Assembly (NCBI GenBank): GCA_011046395.1
Contig: DSAQ01000131.1
Location: 1-49,446 of the forward strand
Source of the DNA: Pseudomonadota bacterium
GTDB lineage: Bacteria; Desulfobacterota; QYQD01
DNA: 49,446 nt
Reading direction: 5' to 3'
This document shows positions 8,500-16,672 of the stretch, one piece after another (the stretch's first letter is position 1; every line of letters begins with the position of its first letter). Position numbers and translations under genes: made by a program. The notes under the pieces were generated by a model. It worked only from the letters and a program-made list of their open reading frames with translations, was not told the DNA's origin and did not search any database.

Positions 8500-9306
8500 T
8501 CATACTACAGTGAAAACTAAGCTTTGAATAATACCGGTCGGGCACTTCTCAAAACACTTCCCGCAACCCGTGCATTTGGTGTGATCCACGACCGAAAGGA
8601 ACTTCACCACCTCAACCGCCTTTTCCGGACACGCCTTTTTACACAAGCCGCATCCCAGACAGCCGGCCTCACATATCTCCTTGACCAGCTTGCCAACATC
8701 ATGCGAGCTGCACAGGCTGGCCGCTTTCTGCGATACCGGAACTACCTTAGGGATATGCCGCGGACACAGCTTAACACATGTCCCGCAGGCCGTACATTTC
8801 TCATCATCTACCCTGGGCAGGCCGTCTTCACCCATGCTGAGCGCCCCAAATGGACAATTGGCCACGCAGGTACCCAGCCCCAGGCATCCGTAACTGCAAG
8901 ATTTATCACCACCGGAGACCAGCATGGCCGCCCGGCAGTCATTAATACCCATGTATTTGAACTTTCTTTCGGCCCTGGCACTGTCGCCTTTACAGAAGAT
9001 CCGGGCTACCTCGCGTTCTGCCGCCGCGGCCGAAATACCCAGCACGCCGGCCACTGCCTGCGCCACCGAGGCCCCGCCGGCCTTACAGGCGTTAACCGGC
9101 GCTTTGCCTTCCACCATAGCCGCCGCACAGTCGCTGCAGCCGGCGTAGCCGCAGCCGCCACAATTGGCGCCCGGCAATACATCTGCCACCTGGCCGATGC
9201 GCGGATCGACATAAACAAAGAATACTTTGGCGGCAACACCCAGGAGAATGCTCAAAAACACCCCTAGACCGCCCATGGCTAAGATCGCTGTCGTTACTGG
9301 TCCCAT
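8500..9306 (-). CDS. rnfB: Rnf complex subunit B (polyferredoxin)
   Basis: N-terminal TM helix. LPGANCGGCGYAGCSDCA matches the RnfB Fe-S domain. Several CxxCxxCxxxCP ferredoxin motifs follow. Confidence 0.9.
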   Translation of the reverse strand: MGPVTTAILAMGGLGVFLSILLGVAAKVFFVYVDPRIGQVADVLPGANCGGCGYAGCSDCAAAMVEGKAPVNACKAGGASVAQAVAGVLGISAAAAEREVARIFCKGDSARAERKFKYMGINDCRAAMLVSGGDKSCSYGCLGLGTCVANCPFGALSMGEDGLPRVDDEKCTACGTCVKLCPRHIPKVVPVSQKAASLCSSHDVGKLVKEICEAGCLGCGLCKKACPEKAVEVVKFLSVVDHTKCTGCGKCFEKCPTGIIQSLVFTVV

Positions 9307-9342
9307 TTTTACTTACCCTCTTATTAACTTAGATTCTGAAAA

Positions 9343-9924
9343 CTACTTGGCCAGCCCTAAAAGCCCGGCAAATGTTAATCCCATCATGCCGGCCGTTATC
9401 AAACAGATGGGAACGCCTTGTAGCAACTTGGGTACACGCGCTGTAGAATCCATCCGCTCCCGGATACCGGCCAGTAATATAAGAGCCATGTTAAAACCTA
9501 ACGCCGTCGATATGGCATAGACTAGGGCTTGCATAAAGGTGTATTCTTCTTTTATATTAAGCACTGCCACACCAAATATCATACAGTTCGTGGTAATCAG
9601 GGGTAAGAAGATACCGAGCGCCCGGTACAGGGGCGGCGCGACCTTTTGCATGATGATCTCTACAAGCTGTACCAGAGCCGCAATTACCAGAATAAAAACA
9701 AGAGTCTGGAGGTATTCCAGTCCGAAAACATCCAATACGGTTTTTTGGAGTATCCAACAGATGAGGCTAGCCAGCACATTGACAAAAAGAACTGCCGCCG
9801 ACATGCCCAGAGCACTACTCATGGAACTTGAGACGCCAACGAAAGGACAATTTCCCAAAAACCTAATCAATAGAATATTATTAATAAATATGGCTGAAAC
9901 CACCAACATCAGATAATCTTCCAT
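9343..9924 (-). CDS. rnfA: Rnf complex subunit A
   Basis: FLGNCPFVGVS and GIFLPLITTNC...LAGIRERM are near-identical to conserved RnfA/RsxA blocks. Confidence 0.92.
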   Translation of the reverse strand: MEDYLMLVVSAIFINNILLIRFLGNCPFVGVSSSMSSALGMSAAVLFVNVLASLICWILQKTVLDVFGLEYLQTLVFILVIAALVQLVEIIMQKVAPPLYRALGIFLPLITTNCMIFGVAVLNIKEEYTFMQALVYAISTALGFNMALILLAGIRERMDSTARVPKLLQGVPICLITAGMMGLTFAGLLGLAK

Positions 9925-9973
9925 CGCCTGCTCCTCAATTATAAATTAGAACGCAAATTTTCGCCGATACCCG

Positions 9974-10058
9974 CAGAAAATTATTTTCTGTATTTAAAAC
10001 CTTGACAATCTGCGTTCACCCTGTTGAATAAGGGCCCCTTTGGAAAATTCAACAGGGT
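9974..10058 (-). other. Two perfect stem-loops in the 148-nt rnfE-rnfA spacer
   Basis: cagaaaa-tta-ttttctg (9974..9990), and caccctgttgaat...attcaacagggt (10017..10058) with a loop of about 17 nt. Confidence 0.6.
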
Positions 10059-10072
10059 TTATCCGCGTCCTA

Positions 10073-10684
10073 CTATTTACGTTTTCTTCTCCCCCGCGCC
10101 GAGATCACATTCATGATTCCCAAAAGCAGCCCCAGGCAAACAAAGGCCCCAACGGGCCTGATCATGAATTCAAATCCTGGATAGCCCTCCCACATCACCG
10201 GAAGACCAAACCAGGTACCCTTACCCAGAATCTCGCGTATGGTAGCCACAACAACCAGCGAAATAGTAAAACCAAGCCCCATTCCCACTCCGTCAGCTAA
10301 GGAAAGCATAACGCCTTCCTTGCGGGCAAAGGCCTCGGCACGCCCCAAAACCAAACAGTTCACAACGATCAATGGAATCCAGATGCCTAACACGAGGAAA
10401 AGAGAATAAAAATACGCCTGCATGGTCAGCTCAACTATAACCACGCCAGTGGCGATAATAACAATAAAGACGGCAATACGGACTTTGTCCGGGATTATCT
10501 TACGCAAAGCCGAAACCAGCACATTACTCATGGTTGTCACGAAAATGACGGCACATCCCAGACCGAGGCCGTTTTTTACATCCGTCGTAACTGCCAGAAC
10601 CGAGCAAAGCCCCAATACAAAACGGAAGGGTGCTATCTCTTTCCATAAGCCTTTTGTAAACTCTTTAACAATGCGCGCTGCCAT
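10073..10684 (-). CDS. rnfE: Rnf complex subunit E
   Basis: GLWKEIAPFRFVLGLCSVLAVTT and LGIWIPLIVVNCLVLGRAEAFA match conserved RnfE/RsxE blocks. Confidence 0.92.
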   Translation of the reverse strand: MAARIVKEFTKGLWKEIAPFRFVLGLCSVLAVTTDVKNGLGLGCAVIFVTTMSNVLVSALRKIIPDKVRIAVFIVIIATGVVIVELTMQAYFYSLFLVLGIWIPLIVVNCLVLGRAEAFARKEGVMLSLADGVGMGLGFTISLVVVATIREILGKGTWFGLPVMWEGYPGFEFMIRPVGAFVCLGLLLGIMNVISARGRRKRK

Positions 10685-10702
10685 CTATATAACCCCCTTC
10701 TC

Positions 10703-11287
10703 CTAGAACCCCAGTTGAGATTTATGCTTGGTGTACAGTTCCACGCCCGACTTCACGGCATTACTTACAGCGGTAGATGAAACCGTGGCGCCACTCAAAC
10801 CCTGGATCTCAGCGCCCAGGCTAAAATTAGCAGTTAGAGGCTTGCCCACAAACTGGGCACAAAAAGACGGATCTTCCTTGACCCTTGTCCCCACGCCGGG
10901 AGTCTCAGACAGGGTAGTCACTGCAACACCCTGCATCGTGCCGTCGGGCTTGACGGCCATCATCACACCTACGTTTCCGGCAAATCCCGGGGCCTCAGTC
11001 TCAAAGGCAATGGTAATGACCTGACCGGCTTTCTTGGCATAAAAGAAGGTAGTCGCAACATCTTTGCCCTTCTTGTCCTTGCCGGTTACAATCTCCTTCC
11101 GATCAGAAACCGGGTCATTATCATAGCCAACCAAGATCTGTTTCAAGGCCGGTTCTTTAATAAACTTGATTTTCTGATAGGTAATCTGGTCTGCCGTCGA
11201 AATACGCACCAAAGCTAATCCGCCCCCACAAACAGCGGAAACAATCGTCAGTACGACAATCATTTTGATAATATCACGAAGAGACAC
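10703..11287 (-). CDS. rnfG: Rnf complex subunit G (FMN-binding, periplasm-facing)
   Basis: N-terminal anchor helix. FMN_bind region with the flavinylation motif LSGATVSS. Confidence 0.9.
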   Translation of the reverse strand: MSLRDIIKMIVVLTIVSAVCGGGLALVRISTADQITYQKIKFIKEPALKQILVGYDNDPVSDRKEIVTGKDKKGKDVATTFFYAKKAGQVITIAFETEAPGFAGNVGVMMAVKPDGTMQGVAVTTLSETPGVGTRVKEDPSFCAQFVGKPLTANFSLGAEIQGLSGATVSSTAVSNAVKSGVELYTKHKSQLGF

Positions 11288-12245
11288 TGGCTTTTACCCT
11301 CCCATAGACTCTTGGTTTGATCTTATCCAACAATGGCGTCAACATGCTTATGATAAATATGGCAAAATAGGCCCCATCAATCCACTGGGACCACATACGA
11401 ATAATCATAGCCAGCACCCCACAAAGAAGACCGTAAATAATCATCCCCGGCTTGGTTACGGGTGACGTTGTGGGATCAGTAGCCAGGAAGAAAGCAGCCA
11501 AAAAGCCCCCGCCGGCTAACAAATGGAATACAGGACTGGCATATTGTTCAGCGTCAGATAGCCAGAAGATACCGGAAAATATGACCATACCTAAAAGAAA
11601 GCTCGCCGGGATGTACCAGGAAATAGTGCGCCTTATGATAAGGAAGATACCGCCGAGTAACAAAGCGACCTTGGAGACCTCACCGATAGCCCCAATGATG
11701 GGTATCCCAAGTAAGAGATCTTTGTTGGTAAAATACATCGCAAGAGAAGAAACTCCTTCGTCCCTCAGCACCTGCAAAGGAGGAAACTCCGTCATTAAAT
11801 CTCCCTCCGGGATAGCCCAGGCAATCATCTGCTGCGGATAGGACAACTGCAAAGCAACATAAGCCACGAGAACTCCATTAAATGGATTGCAGCCCCGGCC
11901 GCCATAAATCTCTTTTCCAAGAAGAATCAGTAACAAAGTACCAATGATAATGATCCACCAGGGGAGCGTAGGCGGCAGGAGCATTGCGAAGATAAGGCCG
12001 CTGGCTGCTCCGCTTAAATCGCTGACTGTTATCTCACGCCCCATCATCTTCTGAAAGATTGCTTCCCAGGCCACTGCGGAGATAACGGAAATGGCTATAA
12101 CCTTAAGTGCTGCAAAACCGTAAAGGTAGCAGCCCATACCGACTGCCGGAAGTAAGGCTATAATTATAGAAAGCATCATTTTCCGCACAGAGTTGCCGCT
12201 ATGGATATGCGGCGTAGCAGATACGACAAGTTCCGGGGCTTTCAT
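11274..12245 (-). CDS. rnfD: Rnf complex subunit D (atypical: canonical flavinylation Thr not found)
   Basis: Conserved blocks SATPHIHSG, GKEIYGGRGCNPFN, GEVSKVALLLGG and FFLATDPTTSP match RnfD/NqrB. Overlaps rnfG by 14 nt and rnfC by 4 nt. Confidence 0.88.
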   Translation of the reverse strand: MKAPELVVSATPHIHSGNSVRKMMLSIIIALLPAVGMGCYLYGFAALKVIAISVISAVAWEAIFQKMMGREITVSDLSGAASGLIFAMLLPPTLPWWIIIIGTLLLILLGKEIYGGRGCNPFNGVLVAYVALQLSYPQQMIAWAIPEGDLMTEFPPLQVLRDEGVSSLAMYFTNKDLLLGIPIIGAIGEVSKVALLLGGIFLIIRRTISWYIPASFLLGMVIFSGIFWLSDAEQYASPVFHLLAGGGFLAAFFLATDPTTSPVTKPGMIIYGLLCGVLAMIIRMWSQWIDGAYFAIFIISMLTPLLDKIKPRVYGRVKASVSS

Positions 12246-13537
12246 TCGCTACTCCTTTGCGCCATAATTTGTGCCTTGCCAAATTTTATCCAGTGCACCA
12301 TTGGTATCATTACCGGGCACACGTAGGCACAGCATCCACATTCAATGCATGTGAATATATCATTGTCCTGAGCCTTCGAATACATCCCTTTTTCTGAAAA
12401 ACCGGAAATAATAAACGGCATCAGGCCCACAGGGCAAATCTCCACACATAACCCGCATTTAATACAGACAGCCGCATCGAACCTGGTAATATCTTTTTCA
12501 TGCTGGACAAAAATACCCAGCACCTCTTTGGTCACCGGCGTCTCGGTATTGGCAATGGCCGTGCCCATCATGGGGCCACCAGATATAACCTTGCCCATCC
12601 CTTCCACAGAAATTCCACAATGCCCTAAAACTTCCCTAATCGGTGTACCTATCCTTACCTGAACGTTCTTGGCTCCGGTACCATTGCTCCTGGTAACGGT
12701 GATAAACCTATCCACGACCGGCTTCTTCTCCGCCATAGCCCGGCCCACTGCCGCCACTGTCTCGACACTCAGGACCAGGGCGCCTATATCGGCCACACAA
12801 TAAGCCTCTGTACAGGGCACTTCCTTACCCAGTATCGACTTTACCAGTAAGAGATCAATTGCCTGGGGATACTTAGGGTTTAACCCCACTATGGTAGCCG
12901 CACCACCACAGGCAGAGCCAATAGCCGATATAGCCTGCGCGGCATTTTCATCGACAGCTATATACACCGATGCTGCTCCAATTATGCTTTTTATAGTATC
13001 TATCCCGCAGGCCACTTCCTGAACCCTTTCAGACAACAGACGTGACCGGCTCGAGAGTACCGGCTCTATGTCCATGGCATTCACAATAAGGGCATTAGCC
13101 CGGCGAGACTTTGCCTCATTGAGCTTCGCGACAAGAGGGACCGGCTTTATATCGAAATCAACGATTCCCGCCTGTTGTATGGTGGTCAATGGATCTGCGC
13201 TGCTCTCCAGTCCTACCCACTCATCCTTGCCATCAGATTCTATGACCACAGCCGGGACGAATCCCCCTAAAAGATGGGGATAGGCCTTTATTACCTCGGC
13301 TACTTTACCGGAAACCGTGGCATGGATGGAAGCCCCTTCCGGGGTAGCGCTTTCACCGATGACTTGTCCGACTTTGACCTCGTCACCCTTTTTAACCTTG
13401 GCATTACAAACTCCGCCGAGATCTTGTCTGAGAGGGATAGTTACAACACCGGAGGGGATGATACGTTCGAAGGGTTTATTTGCGCTTACATCTGAAATAG
13501 ACAAGCGAATACCGCCAGAAAAGCTACCTGCGCTCAT
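12242..13537 (-). CDS. rnfC: Rnf complex subunit C (atypical: FMN/NADH motifs degenerate)
   Basis: GGPMMG plus two ferredoxin motifs (CIKCGLCVEICP, CIECGCCAYVCP), collinear with E. coli RsxC as I recall it. SD GGAAGGAGAG lies upstream of the ATG. Confidence 0.88.
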   Translation of the reverse strand: MSAGSFSGGIRLSISDVSANKPFERIIPSGVVTIPLRQDLGGVCNAKVKKGDEVKVGQVIGESATPEGASIHATVSGKVAEVIKAYPHLLGGFVPAVVIESDGKDEWVGLESSADPLTTIQQAGIVDFDIKPVPLVAKLNEAKSRRANALIVNAMDIEPVLSSRSRLLSERVQEVACGIDTIKSIIGAASVYIAVDENAAQAISAIGSACGGAATIVGLNPKYPQAIDLLLVKSILGKEVPCTEAYCVADIGALVLSVETVAAVGRAMAEKKPVVDRFITVTRSNGTGAKNVQVRIGTPIREVLGHCGISVEGMGKVISGGPMMGTAIANTETPVTKEVLGIFVQHEKDITRFDAAVCIKCGLCVEICPVGLMPFIISGFSEKGMYSKAQDNDIFTCIECGCCAYVCPVMIPMVHWIKFGKAQIMAQRSSE

Positions 13538-13700
13538 ATTTGTTCACTCTCTCCTTCCAGCGAATTACGGGATTGGATATACCTAAACATACTCTTTGTC
13601 AAGAGAAAAAGGCGATATTATGATATGTAACTATGATTATCTCATAACCGGACCATTTACAAATGCAAATTTAAAATGGGACTAATACGGTCCGCAAAAG

Positions 13701-13732
13701 AAAAACGGGAAGTTTATAAACTTCCCGTTTTA
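13701..13732 (-). terminator. Palindromic rho-independent terminator between the cytochrome c3 gene and rnfC
   Basis: aacgggaagtt-tata-aacttcccgtt is a perfect hairpin, followed on the minus strand by tttttctttt. Confidence 0.7.
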
Positions 13733-13751
13733 AAAAACTACATCTGCTTAC

Positions 13752-14135
13752 TTATTTTTTGTGACATTCGCCACACATCACAGGGAGTGACTTGCCTGCT
13801 GCCAGTTTGGTCTCACGGTGACAACCCACACAATTCTCGTGAAAGGCCTTCATGAGCCCCATCTTCTTGCCCTCAGCCTTCAGGCCATGGCAGGTCGCAC
13901 AATTCGTCTCCCGCGACTCATCCCAGACATTCTCTCCATCTACATAAAAATGATGACACGCTGTACACTCAATGGTAGCAAAGTGCTGGGCATGTTGGAA
14001 TGTTACGGCCGGCCTCTGTCGATTTTCGAAGGCTTTATGTTCCAGCTTTATCACTTCCTCCTGGGCGTAAGCACAGGTAGCTATTATAAAAATAGCCAAA
14101 ACTATCATTAGCAGAATGCCCTTGTTATTTCTCAT
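13752..14135 (-). CDS. Tetrahaem cytochrome c3 family protein, periplasmic
   Basis: Signal peptide ending CAYAQE. Four haem motifs CTACHH, CATCHG, CVGCHR and CGECHK, with the class III cytochrome c3 spacing (VTFQHAQH...C..CHH). SD AGGAGG. Confidence 0.88.
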   Translation of the reverse strand: MRNNKGILLMIVLAIFIIATCAYAQEEVIKLEHKAFENRQRPAVTFQHAQHFATIECTACHHFYVDGENVWDESRETNCATCHGLKAEGKKMGLMKAFHENCVGCHRETKLAAGKSLPVMCGECHKK

Positions 14136-14188
14136 CTCTATCCTCCTAAGTGAAAAAACTGCTTTGTCAAAGGATCAACCACAGAGGG

Positions 14189-14392
14189 CACAGAGTTTTT
14201 AAAATTTATTTTTTCTCCGTGTTCTCTGTGGTAAAATTTTTTCGCCCTTTCCTCAAAAATCGTCTCAGAAACTGCTTCGGAGAGCGCAGAGATTCCAGCA
14301 GCACCTATGGAACTCTTTTTTCTCTTAATCGCTTTCTTTTTATCTCTTGAAAATTCTCTAATTTTCTCTGTGCGCTCTGTGGTTATTTTTCG
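14189..14392. repeat. Cluster of three CCACAGAG-NN-CACRGAG 17-mers (one plus, two minus orientation)
   Basis: ccacagagggcacagag (14189..14205); ctccgtgttctctgtgg (14225..14241, inverted, pairs with the first); ctctgtgcgctctgtgg (14376..14392). A fourth copy lies at 23091..23107. Confidence 0.65.
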
Positions 14393-14527
14393 TAGTTGCC
14401 CACTGAATCACAGTTCAGCTTGTGTGTAGCAAAATAGAGATTATATGTCAAGGGAAAATGTCTATCCCTAAAATAGACGTCGCCTTACTAAGTTTTTGTC
14501 AAGTATTTTGAGAGGATTAGAACAAGT

Positions 14528-15829
14528 TCATTTTGATAAGAAAATATCGAATAACTCCACCAGATGCACAGCCTGCGCATTAAGCCCATGTCTAGATAAG
14601 CCTTCCTTCCACTGCAATAGGCAACCCATACAACTGGTGACTAACATGTCCACGTCCATGTCTTTTAGTACCATAATTCGCCTGGCGAGGATTTCACACG
14701 ATAAATCGTAATGGGTAAGGTTGAATAGTCCACCGTGTCCACAGCATGCGGGGCCATCCTCGAATTCACGGAAATCAACGCCCGGTAAAGACCTGATAAG
14801 CAGGCGCGGTTCCTCGATAATATTCTGTTTAAATCGAAAATGGCATGGATCGTGATACCTCACCTTCAAAATTTCATCTTTTACCGTCAAGGCGTACAAA
14901 TACCGGGGGAAGTCCCTCTCATGAAACAAAAAAGCCGATATATCTATCACTTTTGCCGAAAACTCCGCCGCTTTTTCTGCAAAAACCGGGTCACCGGCCA
15001 GGAGTTTAGGATAATTAAATCTTAGATGTGAGCTGCAAGAGGCGCAGTTCGTAATGATGTGATCGCATCGGCTGTCAATAAATACGGATATATTGGCCCT
15101 GGCCAAGGATTGTGCCGTCTCTTCATCCCCGGCCGCAAAGGCCGGAAACCCGCAGCATTTTTGTTTTTCAGGCACATAAATGGGCTCGCCAAGAAAATCA
15201 AAAATATTCAGGATGGCCTTACCAACGTCAGGGAAAAGATAATTTGTGACGCACCCTGTAAAGTAGGCAGCCTTAACTGAGGTGCTCGTCTCTTCTGACG
15301 AGTTCTCCTCCAGAAAAAACTTCTCGGCTAATGCCGGCAACCATGATCTTCCGGCTAACAGGGGAATCGGAAACCGACAATGAAGACCGCTATCTTCCGG
15401 GACTCTTTTACAAAGAAGGCCCTGGATCAGGGAACCGCCTTTTAATATAAAAGGCAAAAGATGTTCAGAATCCAGAAGGTAATGAAAAAAGCACCGTTTC
15501 CCCGCAGGAAGCCCCTTCTCTTCGACCAACCTTGCCCGCGCTTCCTGTATGGAGGCATCCGCATTTACCCCGGCGGGACAGGCATTTGAACAGGCCCCGC
15601 AAAGGAGGCAGTAAGATAGCAGCTCGGCAAAGCGGTCAGAAAACGGCAACCTGCCTTCCCGGTTCGCCTCGATAAGACTCAATTTACCCCGGGGCGCATA
15701 AACCTCCATTCCTGTCACCTGGTAAACAGGACAAACGCTCATACACGTCCCGCATTTGTTGCATGAGGGTGTGCTAATGGATTCTACCTCCTGATCTCCA
15801 CTTTCTTTATCTCTCCCTGTACTTATCAA
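14528..15829 (-). CDS. (Fe-S)-binding CCG-domain oxidoreductase (GlcF/HdrD-like)
   Basis: Two N-terminal 4Fe-4S motifs (CNKCGTCMSVCP, CLLCGACSNACP) and two C-terminal CCG motifs (KCCGFPAF, ACCGHGGL). No TM segments. Confidence 0.8.
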   Translation of the reverse strand: MISTGRDKESGDQEVESISTPSCNKCGTCMSVCPVYQVTGMEVYAPRGKLSLIEANREGRLPFSDRFAELLSYCLLCGACSNACPAGVNADASIQEARARLVEEKGLPAGKRCFFHYLLDSEHLLPFILKGGSLIQGLLCKRVPEDSGLHCRFPIPLLAGRSWLPALAEKFFLEENSSEETSTSVKAAYFTGCVTNYLFPDVGKAILNIFDFLGEPIYVPEKQKCCGFPAFAAGDEETAQSLARANISVFIDSRCDHIITNCASCSSHLRFNYPKLLAGDPVFAEKAAEFSAKVIDISAFLFHERDFPRYLYALTVKDEILKVRYHDPCHFRFKQNIIEEPRLLIRSLPGVDFREFEDGPACCGHGGLFNLTHYDLSCEILARRIMVLKDMDVDMLVTSCMGCLLQWKEGLSRHGLNAQAVHLVELFDIFLSK

Positions 15830-16361
15830 ACCACCAGGAGCAGAAATCTGTTTCTAATATCTCCGCGGCAAGCTCCTGGCCGGCCGGTGCACTGAGCCGT
15901 TTCACTGCGTGTTCAAGCCATTCTCGGGCGAACCTGTTCCCGAGATCAAGCTGTTCTTTGAGTTCAAGAATTAAATCCAGTTGATCGGCATCCCGGGCCA
16001 GTTTAGCCTCTTCTGTTTGACCGGCCTTAAACTCCGCGATTAACCCGGCGATGTCTTCCCCAAACTCCAAACCGCCGGTTAAGGCGTCCACCGCTTTTCC
16101 TGAATCCACCGTAGCATAGTCCTTATAAACATAATTCAGGTCCCCGGTGCGGGCCTCAACCAGATCGTGGAAGAGGCACATATCCATTACCCTGGAACGA
16201 TCAACGCCCGGTGAAAGCCCGGCCAGCACATATCCGATGAGAATGACCCTATAGGAATGATCCGCCACTGATTCCTGACCGGAACCCAGAAAACGAAAGC
16301 CGGTACGCGGCGTCTTTTTCAACATCCCGGCCTCAAAGAGCAATTTGGCAATCCGCTTCAT
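15807..16361 (-). CDS. HD-domain phosphohydrolase (YfbR-like)
   Basis: H...HD...D pattern: ADHSYRV, CLFHDLVEARTGDL, DADQLD. Start ATG 16361 preferred (MKRIAKLLFEAG). Confidence 0.75.
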   Translation of the reverse strand: MKRIAKLLFEAGMLKKTPRTGFRFLGSGQESVADHSYRVILIGYVLAGLSPGVDRSRVMDMCLFHDLVEARTGDLNYVYKDYATVDSGKAVDALTGGLEFGEDIAGLIAEFKAGQTEEAKLARDADQLDLILELKEQLDLGNRFAREWLEHAVKRLSAPAGQELAAEILETDFCSWWFDKYRER

Positions 16362-16589
16362 AACCCCTCCTATAATCATCTCCCTTTAAAAATCAAGCGG
16401 GCTTCTGGCCTCTTTCAACCCTGCCCGGCAGCAATTCTTAATAGAGGAAAACGGCCTGGTTAGCCTGCTTTTGCTGTGCTGGAGATTGACGTTTATCCTG
16501 TAGCTTTCTTTAGGATATCGTGCTTCCTTGTAATATTACATAATGATAATTATTCAATTAGAAAATTAATAAAAAAAACAAAAAGTTAC

Positions 16590-16618
16590 TTGTCAAGCAT
16601 TTTTACATCTGATAATTA
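16590..16618 (+). promoter_or_regulatory. Candidate sigma70 promoter for the HEPN ORF
   Basis: TTGTCA, a 17-nt spacer, then TAATTA, inside a strongly AT-rich tract about 55 nt upstream of ATG 16673. Confidence 0.3.
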
Positions 16619-16672
16619 ATCAGAAACTATATACCAACTTGTTGTGCGTATTAAGAATGAAAAACATGAATT

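Noticed and set aside
13576-13602. Sigma70 promoter for rnfC (minus strand TTGACA ... TATATC)
   Set aside because: The -35 is perfect, but the spacer is only 15 nt. This is too uncertain to list as a feature, although the spacer 13538..13700 must contain the operon promoter.
14150-14350. 66-aa ORF (HRGHRVFKIYFFSVFSVV...) in the cytochrome c3 upstream spacer
   Set aside because: It is a translation of the CCACAGAG repeat motifs. This is repeat-derived reading frame, not a gene.
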